From a virus (taxonomy: Duplodnaviria; Heunggongvirae; Uroviricota; Caudoviricetes), in IMG/VR virus record IMGVR_UViG_2903405734_000002, positions 1-64,000 of that record: a stretch of 64,000 nt of DNA; one strand, 5' to 3'. How positions within the stretch are numbered: the first letter of the stretch is position 1; each line of letters begins with the position of its first letter. The position numbers and the translations under genes were made by a program. The notes beneath the pieces were generated by a model. That model searched no databases. It was given only the letters and a program-made list of their open reading frames with translations, and was not told the DNA's origin. Shown here piece by piece: positions 38,406 to 48,755 of the stretch.

Positions 38406-39047
38406 TCAGCTAAAAATTCGATCAAAAATTGAGCTGTTATTTATAGCATCTATTAATTTGACCATTACTCCACCAGCCACAAAAGACATGATAATCAAGA
38501 AAAGAACATCGCTTATGCTAAGTTCTACTTCTTTATTTTTTGTTTTAGTCTGATTGTCTTTTATTTCTTGTAATGGTTCGAGTGGTTCGTCAAAACCGAC
38601 AAGTAGAGTATTTATTTCTTCTTCGCTCAGTTCTGGATTTGAGTATGCAATTCGCATATATTCATCTAAGATTGCATCTTTTCTACTACCAAAAACCCTG
38701 TCTCCAAGCTCTCCTTTTAGCTCAAAATAATCAACTATTGATTCGACTATCTCCTGATAACCCTCATCAGTAAAAAAATGAATTTCAGAACAATGAAGTG
38801 CTCTGTAAATTTTATTGTATTCCATCTGCTTGACAGACATCAGACAAAGATCGTTATATTCATTGTCTTTGCTTCTAAAAACATCCAATAGGTTAAAAAG
38901 CGATGTGATTTCACAAATAGAAAAAAACCCTTTTGAATGCCTTGCATTAAACAGCATGGTTGCAATATTAATTAGCTGATTTTCTGCCATGACCGCAATA
39001 TTGCTTTTGACCATGGGGAATAACTCTTGCTCTTTGTTGCTGAACAT
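38406..39047 (-). CDS. hypothetical protein with C-terminal TM helix (213 aa)
   Basis: ORF. Confidence 0.5.
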   Translation of the reverse strand: MFSNKEQELFPMVKSNIAVMAENQLINIATMLFNARHSKGFFSICEITSLFNLLDVFRSKDNEYNDLCLMSVKQMEYNKIYRALHCSEIHFFTDEGYQEIVESIVDYFELKGELGDRVFGSRKDAILDEYMRIAYSNPELSEEEINTLLVGFDEPLEPLQEIKDNQTKTKNKEVELSISDVLFLIIMSFVAGGVMVKLIDAINNSSIFDRIFS

Positions 39048-39216
39048 ATGCGCCCTTATTTTTTGTTGATAATATCAGTTATAATAACATCCATCAAGAC
39101 AAACAGCATTGCCTTTTTAAATAACAATAATATACTAATATTTTTCATATTTAATTGAAAAAAAACAGCATAAGAATTAAAATACAATAAAAAAACAACC
39201 AAAAAAGGATAGAAGT

Positions 39217-39867
39217 ATGAATTTAAACTTTTCCAGCTCCCAATGGGACAATCTAGCGAGCTTGTTGAGCGAGGGGGCATCAAGCGAACTGTTGATTAAT
39301 GCTCTTTCTTTTCAGGCTGTCATTAATGATCTACAGCTAAAGTCTCCAACCCAGGAAGATTTGTCATCAAAAGAATTTACCGACTCAGAACTGGTCGCGA
39401 GAAAAGAGTTTGCGCTTGAAGAACGCGAGAATCTTGTTGATGAGATTTTATCCAATATTAGCGATATTGATTTTATTGATCTTGCCGGAAACATATGGAT
39501 GGACTCTGTAGGTAGGTACAAGATTAGCCTGGCTGAACTTCACCACAGCATCATCATGGATGACATCAAGAACATTGACTTTCTTATCACTGACAACAAT
39601 CCGGCAGAAATCACACACTTCCACAGAAAAAATGGAATGATCTCTCTTGATGCGCTAATCAAGGGCAGAGATGGGGTCGTGCTGTCAGATGGGAAATCCA
39701 TTGTTGATTACGATGTAAAATCAAAAATTGTCGGCGTGGAATATTCATCCGTAAATGATATTGCATCAGAACTTGAGTCTTATACAGAAAGGCTATCTGA
39801 ATCAATCGATAGGGCTATTGAGGATGTTTACAGGAGACCAAGCATCAGCTCTGAACTATCACTTTAA
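39217..39867 (+). CDS. hypothetical acidic protein (216 aa)
   Basis: ORF. Confidence 0.5.
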   Translation: MNLNFSSSQWDNLASLLSEGASSELLINALSFQAVINDLQLKSPTQEDLSSKEFTDSELVARKEFALEERENLVDEILSNISDIDFIDLAGNIWMDSVGRYKISLAELHHSIIMDDIKNIDFLITDNNPAEITHFHRKNGMISLDALIKGRDGVVLSDGKSIVDYDVKSKIVGVEYSSVNDIASELESYTERLSESIDRAIEDVYRRPSISSELSL

Positions 39868-39896
39868 ACAGAAAGGGGCCTGCCAAGCAGGCCCTA
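39866..39896. terminator. Rho-independent terminator (serves the minus-strand operon ending at 39909)
   Basis: ggggcctgc-caa-gcaggccc with a T-run on the minus strand. Confidence 0.6.
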
Positions 39897-39908
39897 ATTA
39901 CTGGTTCA

Positions 39909-40544
39909 TCAGAAGGTGGATTTACACACCATAAATCCCATGTCAGAGATTTTACAAGGAACCCCATTCACAGATACTGGGACATCGTTACCATCAATAC
40001 TCAAGCCAATAGCAGTAACCTCACCAGTTTTCAGATTTGCTGACATTGTTAGGATGCCAACAATACTGCTTTTTTCATCTTCATCGAGATCATCATTGCA
40101 ATCCAGCTCGTCTGATTCCAGATAGAAGCGTTTGCTGAAATGTATCAGCTCGCCTTCTTTTACAGACTCCTTTCCATCTGACTCGGTAACTGAATCATCA
40201 TTCGGGATATCGATATTCTGGAAAATCTGCTCGAAATAATTGGATGCTCGCTTCTCTATTATTGAGATAAACTCTAAGCCAGAAATAAGGTCAGCACTGA
40301 TTTGTCCTTTTTTGCCAGACTCTCGATGTGCATCCCGAATGATTTCGGCCAGGGTCTCAACTATCTCAACCTTTATATCCAGATCAATATCACTCAGAGC
40401 GCTTCCAACCCCAGAACGATCACTGAGATTGGCTAACACACCACGAGCAGCACGGTGAGCCCAATCTTTTGGTGGTACTCCAGCTTCGCCATTGGTATCG
40501 TAAGGGTATTTATCGCCATTAATCAAATTGCTGTTAATTTCCAT
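39909..40544 (-). CDS. hypothetical protein (211 aa), last gene of the helicase-associated operon
   Basis: ORF, same strand as and downstream of the 40646 gene. Confidence 0.55.
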   Translation of the reverse strand: MEINSNLINGDKYPYDTNGEAGVPPKDWAHRAARGVLANLSDRSGVGSALSDIDLDIKVEIVETLAEIIRDAHRESGKKGQISADLISGLEFISIIEKRASNYFEQIFQNIDIPNDDSVTESDGKESVKEGELIHFSKRFYLESDELDCNDDLDEDEKSSIVGILTMSANLKTGEVTAIGLSIDGNDVPVSVNGVPCKISDMGFMVCKSTF

Positions 40545-40645
40545 TATATGCGTCCAGAATCATCTGTTTAGTGCAGACATAATATCATGAAAAATAAATA
40601 AAGCAAGAAAAGCCTCGCATGAGCGAGGCTTTTAGGTGTTATTTC

Positions 40646-41050
40646 TTACTGATTGTTATCAGTAGATGCCACTTCTTCTGGCTTCTCTGCCGTCATTTCG
40701 TACTTTTCATTCAGGCAGGTAAACACTTCGTGAGCCAGCACCACTGTCGGAATGGTCAGGCCACCGATGTAGTCGATAGCATCACCTGTGTCCAGGGTGA
40801 AGGTAATTGGCAGCCCCTCGCGGTTGTCATTATTGCTATCATCAAAGGTGATGATCGCAGGAATGACTGGAAGCTGTGCATCAAACTCAAGATCCTTGTC
40901 GGCCATCATCTGGGTTGCATAGCGAAGGCCCAGTCTTGCCCAGTTGGTTGCAACATCGTCTTCGGAGTGTTCATTGAGCTCAATGGACACATTAATCTGA
41001 GAGCGCCCATCATCAGAACGCACTTCATCAAAAACAAGCCTTACGCTCAT
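40646..41050 (-). CDS. hypothetical protein (134 aa)
   Basis: ORF. 9-bp gap to the upstream gene. Confidence 0.55.
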   Translation of the reverse strand: MSVRLVFDEVRSDDGRSQINVSIELNEHSEDDVATNWARLGLRYATQMMADKDLEFDAQLPVIPAIITFDDSNNDNREGLPITFTLDTGDAIDYIGGLTIPTVVLAHEVFTCLNEKYEMTAEKPEEVASTDNNQ

Positions 41051-41059
41051 AAAACCTCC

Positions 41060-41608
41060 TTAAATCCGGTTTGCCAGCAAAACGATATTGTTCACGGTGT
41101 TGCCGCTGATATAAACCAGAGCAGGCAAGATCTGGTGTGAGGCTTCGCTGGTGTTGCCGAGGTGTTCCTTGGCTTCTCGCGGAACCCACTTTGGCATCGC
41201 GCTCTCGCTCAAGACAAGATAAGCCTCAATTTCGGCAGACTCATCGCTAGGCTCAATATCCTCATCATCTTCATCATCCCATTCGTCATCCTCATTGAGG
41301 GGAGGGGTGATGGATGCAGTAACCATGACAGCACCTTGAAAAAGACAGGGATAGATAACCTCAAAGCCCTTCGAGAAGATGTTGTAAACACAAACACCCT
41401 GGCTCTCATTCTTGCCATCCTCTACATCCAAAGAATCGGATGCAGCGGCCATAGAAATGTTCAGGTCAAAGGCGATGTACTCGACACAGCGAGTAACAAA
41501 GAGATTTTTTCGCTCTCCATTCTCGTTATTATCTGCAAGGCAGACAATCGAGCAATCAAGCTCACTCCTCAGTTCTGGCACCAAAAAAAGCTGGCGAATT
41601 CGGCTCAT
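41060..41608 (-). CDS. hypothetical acidic protein (182 aa)
   Basis: ORF with an acidic stretch DDEWDDEDDEDIEPSDE. Confidence 0.55.
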   Translation of the reverse strand: MSRIRQLFLVPELRSELDCSIVCLADNNENGERKNLFVTRCVEYIAFDLNISMAAASDSLDVEDGKNESQGVCVYNIFSKGFEVIYPCLFQGAVMVTASITPPLNEDDEWDDEDDEDIEPSDESAEIEAYLVLSESAMPKWVPREAKEHLGNTSEASHQILPALVYISGNTVNNIVLLANRI

Positions 41609-41669
41609 AAAACAACCTCTCGTTGCGTTGAGAGGGGCCTTCTTACCGATAGGCCCCTATGGGTGATGA

Positions 41670-42773
41670 TTACTTGCTGGAGCCAAAGAAAGCGCGGCGG
41701 TGATCACTATCTGCTGACTCGGGCATTTCAATGGTCAGCGATTGCTTCTTGTTGTTGCTATCGAACACCATTGTGTTGAGGAAGCGCTGAATTGAGCGGT
41801 CGCTTTCCTCTTGCTCTCCGTAATGAGAGCTCGCTTCGGTCAGGATGTTATACACATCGAACTGAGTCAGGTGGCTTCCAAATGACTCAGCCGCCTTTTT
41901 ATCTCCGAACAGATCTTCCTTGTAGTATTTATGAAGATTCAATTCAGGGCTCACTTGGTAGGCCATCGATCTCAGCTTGGAGGCGTCTGTCGGTTCGATC
42001 TTCTTGTCTTCGGCCCGAGCAAGCAACAGTGCGTTGGTATCCATGGCTTGGCGAACACTAGCCCGAGTTGAGCGCATATCCTTAAAGCGATCGTTCAGGA
42101 GGCTGTTAAAGCGCGGTTTCAGCTGCGTTGCAGTGATCGAAAGATTGCGCTCCCAGTCGTTGATAAGCGGCACGGCATAGGTGACCAGCGGTGCATTGGC
42201 AACCATCCCATTAGAGCAGATCAAGCGCATCACTTCGAGACTGGTAGTGATCTTGTCTGAGAAAGGAGACCAGCGATAAATCAGTCGGTTTTCAAAGGCA
42301 CCACCCTCTCCAAGGCTCTCCACTTCCATTTGGAAAGATTCAGCCTCCCCACCAAGGAAGATACCATTTGAACCAAACCCTCGATAACGATTGAAGATGG
42401 AGCGGCGAGACTGCTGTAAGCGCTCGTTCACACCCTCATGGAATTTGTCACCAGTAACCTTGACCTCGCTGTAGCGCTTCACGCCAATGCGGTCTGAAAG
42501 CTCGCTTACGCCTGTTTCTGAGTGAATAAACCCACGATACTCAGAGCCTCGATAGTCCACCATTTGCCCATCAAAAAACACGTAAGTGCCACCATTAAAG
42601 TGAGCCTGGATCACGGAAGCCTCAGTGCTCATGCACATCTGACTTTCCTTGGCTTCAACAGGGAACTGATGCACAAAGCGATCATCGATAATCAAAGTTA
42701 ACTGGAAAGCACCTGCGGCTTGCAAAAAGTCCAACTTAACTTCAACATCTGCATTGCGAATTACTTCCAACAT
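41670..42773 (-). CDS. hypothetical protein (367 aa), possible PD-(D/E)xK-like segment
   Basis: ORF. D-x9-EVK arrangement (DRIGVKRYSEVK) noted; weak. Confidence 0.55.
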   Translation of the reverse strand: MLEVIRNADVEVKLDFLQAAGAFQLTLIIDDRFVHQFPVEAKESQMCMSTEASVIQAHFNGGTYVFFDGQMVDYRGSEYRGFIHSETGVSELSDRIGVKRYSEVKVTGDKFHEGVNERLQQSRRSIFNRYRGFGSNGIFLGGEAESFQMEVESLGEGGAFENRLIYRWSPFSDKITTSLEVMRLICSNGMVANAPLVTYAVPLINDWERNLSITATQLKPRFNSLLNDRFKDMRSTRASVRQAMDTNALLLARAEDKKIEPTDASKLRSMAYQVSPELNLHKYYKEDLFGDKKAAESFGSHLTQFDVYNILTEASSHYGEQEESDRSIQRFLNTMVFDSNNKKQSLTIEMPESADSDHRRAFFGSSK

Positions 42774-42874
42774 AAATAAGCCTCACTGGTGAATTGGCTG
42801 CCCAACTGATAAATTAATTATACCTAAAATAAATAAAATGGCAATCCTATGACTGCCAATTTATTTAAAAAATA

Positions 42875-44077
42875 TTATGCCGCAACAGGCTCGGTAGCAT
42901 CGTTTGGCACCAGTAAGTCAGCGTCATCAATCTCTGACTTGAAATCTGCCAAATTGATCAGCGGAATATCATGCTCTTTCACGCCTTCTCTGTAAAATGT
43001 CTTGATGCTGTTTCGGTAAACAAGGCCATTGTTGATAATGAACTTAAACATCTTGGACAAATCACGAAGATTGTTCAGATCAGTCTCTCGATGGAGGAAT
43101 CCCATAAGCCAAGAGATAGATGTGGTGGCCCTCATATTCATCGGCGTTTTGAATCGGCACTTCTCAGATATTTTCTGCAAATTGACCATTCCGGTCTTCT
43201 TGATAATTGATGGAATATCAAGAAAATCAGTCTCGGCGTAACCGTACAATTTACCAATCGTTTTGGCTGCTCGAATTGCAAACTCAATAGTCGGATATGA
43301 TGGGTTTGTCTCTGATGCAATAGAGTACACCATCCGAACTTCATCTTTATTGCTTGTACCAAACTCCTTGTCTGCCGACAGAACAGGGGAGTAAACCACG
43401 ATCTGCTCCAAATCTGGGTAAGCAGCATTCGGTTTGTAAGCAAGCACACAGCCAGTGGATAGCGGCAGGTATGCGCTGGAAACTGTTTCATGAAGTTCCT
43501 CGGCGCTATCCGTGTTAACAGAGCTAATTTCCTTGGCTGTTTTCTGTTTTTGGAAGCGATCAAGCCCCATTTTTGACAGTTTGACGTAGTTCACCATCTG
43601 AATGAAGTAAGAGCCATCATTCGTGATGTTAAACATGGAACGGGTATCTTCTGCGTTTTTCACCCAAAAAATTTCCTGACCATTGATCCAGACGTTTTCA
43701 GCATCCTTGATAGCATCGCCAAGTTTTACGATAACCTTGGAGAAGTTGGACTGCCAATTCTCAGCTGCTTGAAATGCACCGAGTCGGCGGTTAAACATCT
43801 GGATTTCAACACCAATGATGTCAGAGCCGTAGTAGTTGAGTGAAGCCAATCGAGGAGAAGAAAACTCCTTCATAACGTTAAACTTGAAAAAGCCCTGGCT
43901 TACACTTCTGTGGATCTTTATTTTTGTTACCTTGTGATCTCGATAAGAGACCTGATCTTCTGCGGTAGACAAATACGGCTCTCCGTTTCGGTGAGTGGTA
44001 ACATACAAATAATCACCAGTAACCTTCAAAAGGTAAACGTAAACTGAGCGCAGCTTATTAATGTCAAATTGCAGCAT
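42875..44077 (-). CDS. hypothetical protein (400 aa)
   Basis: ORF. Confidence 0.55.
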   Translation of the reverse strand: MLQFDINKLRSVYVYLLKVTGDYLYVTTHRNGEPYLSTAEDQVSYRDHKVTKIKIHRSVSQGFFKFNVMKEFSSPRLASLNYYGSDIIGVEIQMFNRRLGAFQAAENWQSNFSKVIVKLGDAIKDAENVWINGQEIFWVKNAEDTRSMFNITNDGSYFIQMVNYVKLSKMGLDRFQKQKTAKEISSVNTDSAEELHETVSSAYLPLSTGCVLAYKPNAAYPDLEQIVVYSPVLSADKEFGTSNKDEVRMVYSIASETNPSYPTIEFAIRAAKTIGKLYGYAETDFLDIPSIIKKTGMVNLQKISEKCRFKTPMNMRATTSISWLMGFLHRETDLNNLRDLSKMFKFIINNGLVYRNSIKTFYREGVKEHDIPLINLADFKSEIDDADLLVPNDATEPVAA

Positions 44078-44244
44078 TTGGAAACCCTTATCAAGAGTAG
44101 TTCAATTGGAATACAGGAATGATATTAAAAAAACAAAGAACCGTCAATATTTATTTTTCATAATAATAAGTATTGGCGGCAGTGTGGAAGCGCCATGAAC
44201 AACCCCACCCAAAAAGGGTGGGGCCTCCCACAAAAGGCATGATT

Positions 44245-45468
44245 TTAGGCCGCTTGGCGAACCTCGCTATCATCCTGAGACTCAGTGGTGTCAATGTCGA
44301 TCCCCATGCGGTAAATGGACATCTTGCCCCATGTAGGATCTTCACCAGACAGCAATTCCTCATGCCATTCGTTCTTTTTGATATAGATCAGGCGCTCATA
44401 CTTTGTCAGACCAACAACATCCTTGGCGACCACTGAATCGACCAGGGGATTAATCAGCTCCCAAACAGCACAGGGGCTATCAGGGCGAATGCCACGGCCA
44501 ATAAATTGCTTTTTCTCTTGTTCAGAGTTGAAGTTGCGAGCAGTAAAGATATCAGTGATGTTTTTAGCATCAATGCCCTCACCAATTTTTTGGCAGTTTA
44601 CGATGAATTGGATCTTGCCAGATGACAGATTATCTAGCGCTTCATCAAGCTCTGCCTCAGTGCTTTTGCTATCAAGCTTCGCAGCTCGAAGGCGCAAGCC
44701 GCGAGTCAGGAATCGGTACACCCGTTTCACCTCGGCCTCGGTACGCATAAAGATGATCGTGTTGCCCATATGGGTGTGATACTGCTCAAGTACAGCACAG
44801 GTAAGCTCTGACTTGTCATTCTTGCCTGTGTCGATAATCGAGTTAACGCCAACAGAAGCGGTAAACCCGAGTTGAGCAGCTTCTTCTTCGGTGATGGCGG
44901 TAACAACCGCTTCAAACTTCAACAGAAGCCCATCAGCGCGAGTGTCATCAGCAGTAAGACCAATCATTGGTCTGGTTGTAAGATCATCCAGAAGCTCCTG
45001 AATAGAGCTCATAGCTTCATGGTGGCATTCATCAAGGATGGTCAGATCCCACCCCTTTTCGATCATGTACTGCGGGATCTCTGAGAATGCAGAGTGAACA
45101 TGCAGCTCAATAGAATCGACATCGGAAAATGTCTCCATTGCCTGGCGATTCAGCCGATGCTTGTTTGATATGAAAAGAATTCGCATCTTTTCGTCATCCT
45201 TGAGTCCAAGGACATTGCGAACCCGAGTAGATACGACCAGTAGCTTTGCCATCAGTGTTTTGCCAGTGCCAGTAGGCGACTTGAGCAACAAGCGATTAAG
45301 ACCACTCTCCAAATGATCTGCTATCTTGTTCACACCATTGGCCTGATAAAAACGAGGCGTATCAGATACGGACTCAAAAAGGTGCAAGGGGGCGGCATAG
45401 CGGTCGTTGTTGATGATCACGGGGTTCATGTCTTTGTCCTCAATGGAAAGTTGAATGTCTCGAACCAA
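44245..45468 (-). CDS. compact SF2 DExH-box helicase (407 aa)
   Basis: Motif I SPTGTGKT, motif II DECHH, motif VI QFIGRGIRP. Both RecA-like domains present. Confidence 0.8.
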   Translation of the reverse strand: MVRDIQLSIEDKDMNPVIINNDRYAAPLHLFESVSDTPRFYQANGVNKIADHLESGLNRLLLKSPTGTGKTLMAKLLVVSTRVRNVLGLKDDEKMRILFISNKHRLNRQAMETFSDVDSIELHVHSAFSEIPQYMIEKGWDLTILDECHHEAMSSIQELLDDLTTRPMIGLTADDTRADGLLLKFEAVVTAITEEEAAQLGFTASVGVNSIIDTGKNDKSELTCAVLEQYHTHMGNTIIFMRTEAEVKRVYRFLTRGLRLRAAKLDSKSTEAELDEALDNLSSGKIQFIVNCQKIGEGIDAKNITDIFTARNFNSEQEKKQFIGRGIRPDSPCAVWELINPLVDSVVAKDVVGLTKYERLIYIKKNEWHEELLSGEDPTWGKMSIYRMGIDIDTTESQDDSEVRQAA

Positions 45469-45601
45469 TGAGGCTTATTATACATAAAAATAAATACTAC
45501 GCAAGAATTCAGACTCAAACTCATGGATATTTATTATTTGACATAATAAACGTTGAATGATATGATTTTGAGAATTAAAGGTGACTCAGGAGTAGCACGG
45601 C

Positions 45602-45937
45602 ATGGTAAAGCAACGAGTGCTGGGGTTTGAACCGAAAACCCCAATGACACAGCAAGATATTGATTCTTTCGATGTTTTTGCTGTCTTTAAGAAGAAGCGT
45701 CACGGCATGAAGGCGAAATGGCGATTTCTGCGTAACGATGAAACCGTGCAGCAGGGCGACAAAATGTTTCATCATGCAAAAGCTCGTGGCACCGACCGAG
45801 ATCATGATGCAGATCGTGAAAACATGATGATGTACCTGATCATTAATGCGGAAGACTTCAATCGACTGGCAGAGGTGGTGACTTTCGGATACCTGGCGTC
45901 TGAATATCCCAATCGCCTTTTCGTGAGAAAAGTGTAA
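45602..45937 (+). CDS. hypothetical protein (111 aa), divergent from helicase operon
   Basis: ORF. Confidence 0.4.
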   Translation: MVKQRVLGFEPKTPMTQQDIDSFDVFAVFKKKRHGMKAKWRFLRNDETVQQGDKMFHHAKARGTDRDHDADRENMMMYLIINAEDFNRLAEVVTFGYLASEYPNRLFVRKV

Positions 45938-45990
45938 CTGGAACTAATTTGCCCGAAGGGCAGGATCTAACAAAACAGAAGGATGTTTTT

Positions 45991-46443
45991 ATGAAAAAGG
46001 CGTTTATTGCTCTCGGCTTGATGATGATTGGCGGATTCGCCAATGCGGAAGTTATTGGTTCTGTTAACACAACCTTTAAACTGATTGGGGCAAACGACAA
46101 AATCCTGGTTGAGGCTTTTGACGATCCCCAGATCAAAGGCGTCTCCTGCTCTCTCAGTCGCGCAAAAACAGGCGGTATTTCAGGCAGCGTGGGCCTTGCG
46201 GAAGACTCGTCTGATGCGGCAGTATCTTGCCAGCAAATTGGCGAGATTGTCATCCCTGATGACATCGAAGATGGTGAAAACGTCTTTGAGAAAGAAACGA
46301 GCATTTTCTTCAAGACCATGAAAGTTGTTCGCTTTTATGACAAAAAGCGAAAGGTGATCAACTACCTTGTGTACTCTACCAAGATTATTGATGGATCACC
46401 GAAAAACAGCGTTGCCACAGTCGCTGTTCGGCCCTGGAAGTAA
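45991..46443 (+). CDS. creA: CreA family periplasmic protein
   Basis: Signal peptide MKKAFIALGLMMIGGFANA. TTFKLIGANDKILVEAFDDPQIKGVSCSLSRAKTGGISG matches CreA. Confidence 0.7.
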   Translation: MKKAFIALGLMMIGGFANAEVIGSVNTTFKLIGANDKILVEAFDDPQIKGVSCSLSRAKTGGISGSVGLAEDSSDAAVSCQQIGEIVIPDDIEDGENVFEKETSIFFKTMKVVRFYDKKRKVINYLVYSTKIIDGSPKNSVATVAVRPWK

Positions 46444-46456
46444 ATAGGAGTTAGAA

Positions 46457-47005
46457 TTGCAAGCAAATTCAAAATACTCAATGATTCAGCTTGCTCAGCT
46501 GGCTAAACTCCTTGAATTGTCTGGCGGAGCGATCTCAAAAGAGAAACTGTCGATTTTGTTTTTGCTTTTTCAAAGAGAGCTTCTATGTCGGTACGGTATC
46601 ATTTCAGCTGCAAGTGACCGCATAATGACTGGCGACAAGATCGCAATAGAAGTGCTTGATGAAGCAAGCGTCAATGGCGAGCTGCCATCAATTGTTTTTG
46701 ATCTCAAAAACAACCCTGTCTCTTTCACCGAGAGGGGGCTTGAGATGTTAGCCAAAACTGACTATGAAGACGAAATGGCACTTAATGGTTGGTTGTGTGA
46801 GGCAGATATCAAGCTAATTGGCAAAATTGTTGCTTCACAATCGAAAGAAGAAGACCAGAAAGAAGAGCTGGTTGGGTTTTTCGGCCACAGTAATGAGTTC
46901 TTGTCTTGGCCTGAAATAGTAAAGAAAAACGATCATTGGGATGAAATAAATCCAGCATTAAGAGCCTACCTGAAAGAGAACGAGATTTCGGGAATGCTTA
47001 TTTAA
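46457..47005 (+). CDS. hypothetical protein (182 aa)
   Basis: ORF. Confidence 0.5.
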   Translation: MQANSKYSMIQLAQLAKLLELSGGAISKEKLSILFLLFQRELLCRYGIISAASDRIMTGDKIAIEVLDEASVNGELPSIVFDLKNNPVSFTERGLEMLAKTDYEDEMALNGWLCEADIKLIGKIVASQSKEEDQKEELVGFFGHSNEFLSWPEIVKKNDHWDEINPALRAYLKENEISGMLI

Positions 47006-47112
47006 CCAGCCAAACCCCAAAACCCCAGCAAGGGCCTATTTGACTCTTGCTGGGGTTTTTATTTTGTGATAAATTATTATTCATTAAAAATAATAATAAA
47101 TGAAGAATAAAA

Positions 47113-47901
47113 ATGAAAATAAGGAAAAGCAGCCTGGTATTGTGCATGATTGCAATTGGGTTTTCTTTCTCTTCACTTGCAGAAAGCAGATATGAATTCT
47201 CAATTCCTGTAGAAATGTCAGCAGAAGAAGATGACAGTGGCCGAGAGTGGAGAGAGTTTTTTGCTAATGCCAATACAATCCTTAAAAGCAAACTACCCCC
47301 GAATGGCAAAGTTAACTTTTATGAATATAATAGCGGCCTTGGAATTAGCAAGGATGAAGGATGGAAAAGAGGTTCATGGTACATAGCATTTGGAGGAGGA
47401 ATAAAGTTAACATCGGCTGATTTTCCTAAATCAAAAAAGGGAACAAAAATATTTGGTAAGATTAGTGGCGTGGGTCACGAACTAGCAGATGTTGATTTTT
47501 TAAGTGGCATAGAGGTTTTAAATTATGGCTTGGAATTATCATCAAGCAAAATTGAGAATTTAAGAGGTCTTAGAGATCTAAAGGATTCTACTCGTGACAT
47601 TATGTTTTTAAATAGCAATAAACTTACATCGCTTGATGGACTTCAAAATCTCAAAATTACCAGAGGATTGTATATATACAACAATCCAAGTTTGACTGAT
47701 ATATCAGCCATTGAGAATCTGGCTGGTCACGGCCTTGTGGCGCTTGATGATGTTGCGCAATACAAGAAAAAACCGAGAAAGGGTAGCGCCTTTTGCAATA
47801 GTATAAGAGATAAAAAAATATATGCAAAAGTAAGAAAAGATAGCCCGAAAGGAAATTATATCGATAGCCCATTTCTTACGGTGGATCAGGTTTGCATGTA
47901 A
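47113..47901 (+). CDS. secreted LRR-like protein, tandem family member 1
   Basis: Signal peptide. RYEFSIPVEMSAEEDDSGREWREFF. LRR segment ...NNPSLTDISAIENL. C-terminal KKKPRKGSAFCNSIRDKKIYAK...VDQVCM. Confidence 0.7.
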   Translation: MKIRKSSLVLCMIAIGFSFSSLAESRYEFSIPVEMSAEEDDSGREWREFFANANTILKSKLPPNGKVNFYEYNSGLGISKDEGWKRGSWYIAFGGGIKLTSADFPKSKKGTKIFGKISGVGHELADVDFLSGIEVLNYGLELSSSKIENLRGLRDLKDSTRDIMFLNSNKLTSLDGLQNLKITRGLYIYNNPSLTDISAIENLAGHGLVALDDVAQYKKKPRKGSAFCNSIRDKKIYAKVRKDSPKGNYIDSPFLTVDQVCM

Positions 47902-47927
47902 AAACGCACAAAAACAGAGAACAAAAT

Positions 47928-48701
47928 ATGAAAATAACAAAAAACAAGCCTCTTTCTTCACTCCTGGCAGTCCTTATTGTTTTTGTATCTGGTAGGGTTT
48001 ATTCAGCAGACAAATATGAATTCAAAATACCAGTAGAGATGAGTGCATCAGAAAAGCCGAAAGAAAATGGCGAAGAATGGAGGCAATTCTTTCTTTCTGC
48101 AAGTAAAAAATTTAAGCATAGGCAACCAAGGCCGAGCGGAGAAATAGGTGCTATTGGTATGGGCTCGGAGCAACTATGGATGTCTGGAAATTGGTCTGCA
48201 AGCATCCCCTCTGTTGGCCTTATGGATAGCGAGTTACCAAGAGGTACGCTTGGCCTAAGCACTATTGGAAACATCGAGCTTCCAAACAACAAATTAACCA
48301 ATGTGGATTTCATGGCTGGGGTTACTGTATCAACTAGAAACATAGAACTACAAGACAATATGCTGACAAATTTAAAAGGACTGTCAAGCCTCAAAATTCA
48401 AAGAGATTATTTTCACATTGATGGCAACATGCTTACAAGCTTAAATGGCCTTGAAAATTTAGAGCAAATAAGAACTCTTCATTTTTATAATAATCCAAGC
48501 CTGACAGACATATCAGCAATAAGCAACATTCAAAGGCCAGGTGGTGTTGTTTATATGGATAATCCAAAACAATATAAAAAGAAGCCTAAGTTAGGAAGTC
48601 CATTTTGCAATGGAATAAGAGATAAAAAGCTATGGGCACATGCTGGAACAATATTTAATAAAGGGCCAGAGTTAAAGGCTGGAGATGTTTGCGAACAATA
48701 A
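47928..48701 (+). CDS. secreted LRR-like protein, tandem family member 2
   Basis: MKITKNKPLSSLLAVLIVFVSG. KYEFKIPVEMSASEK..EEWRQFF. NNPSLTDISAISNI. C-terminal KKKPKLGSPFCNGIRDKKLWA...GDVCEQ. Confidence 0.7.
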   Translation: MKITKNKPLSSLLAVLIVFVSGRVYSADKYEFKIPVEMSASEKPKENGEEWRQFFLSASKKFKHRQPRPSGEIGAIGMGSEQLWMSGNWSASIPSVGLMDSELPRGTLGLSTIGNIELPNNKLTNVDFMAGVTVSTRNIELQDNMLTNLKGLSSLKIQRDYFHIDGNMLTSLNGLENLEQIRTLHFYNNPSLTDISAISNIQRPGGVVYMDNPKQYKKKPKLGSPFCNGIRDKKLWAHAGTIFNKGPELKAGDVCEQ

Positions 48702-48755
48702 TAATATCGCCATGCGTAAGTATTCGCTCTCTATGCAGCTAAAGGAATTACAACA

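Noticed and set aside
40619-41779. 173-aa and 205-aa plus-strand ORFs
   Set aside because: Antisense to consecutive genes of the helicase operon. Cys/His-rich low-complexity products, no RBS.
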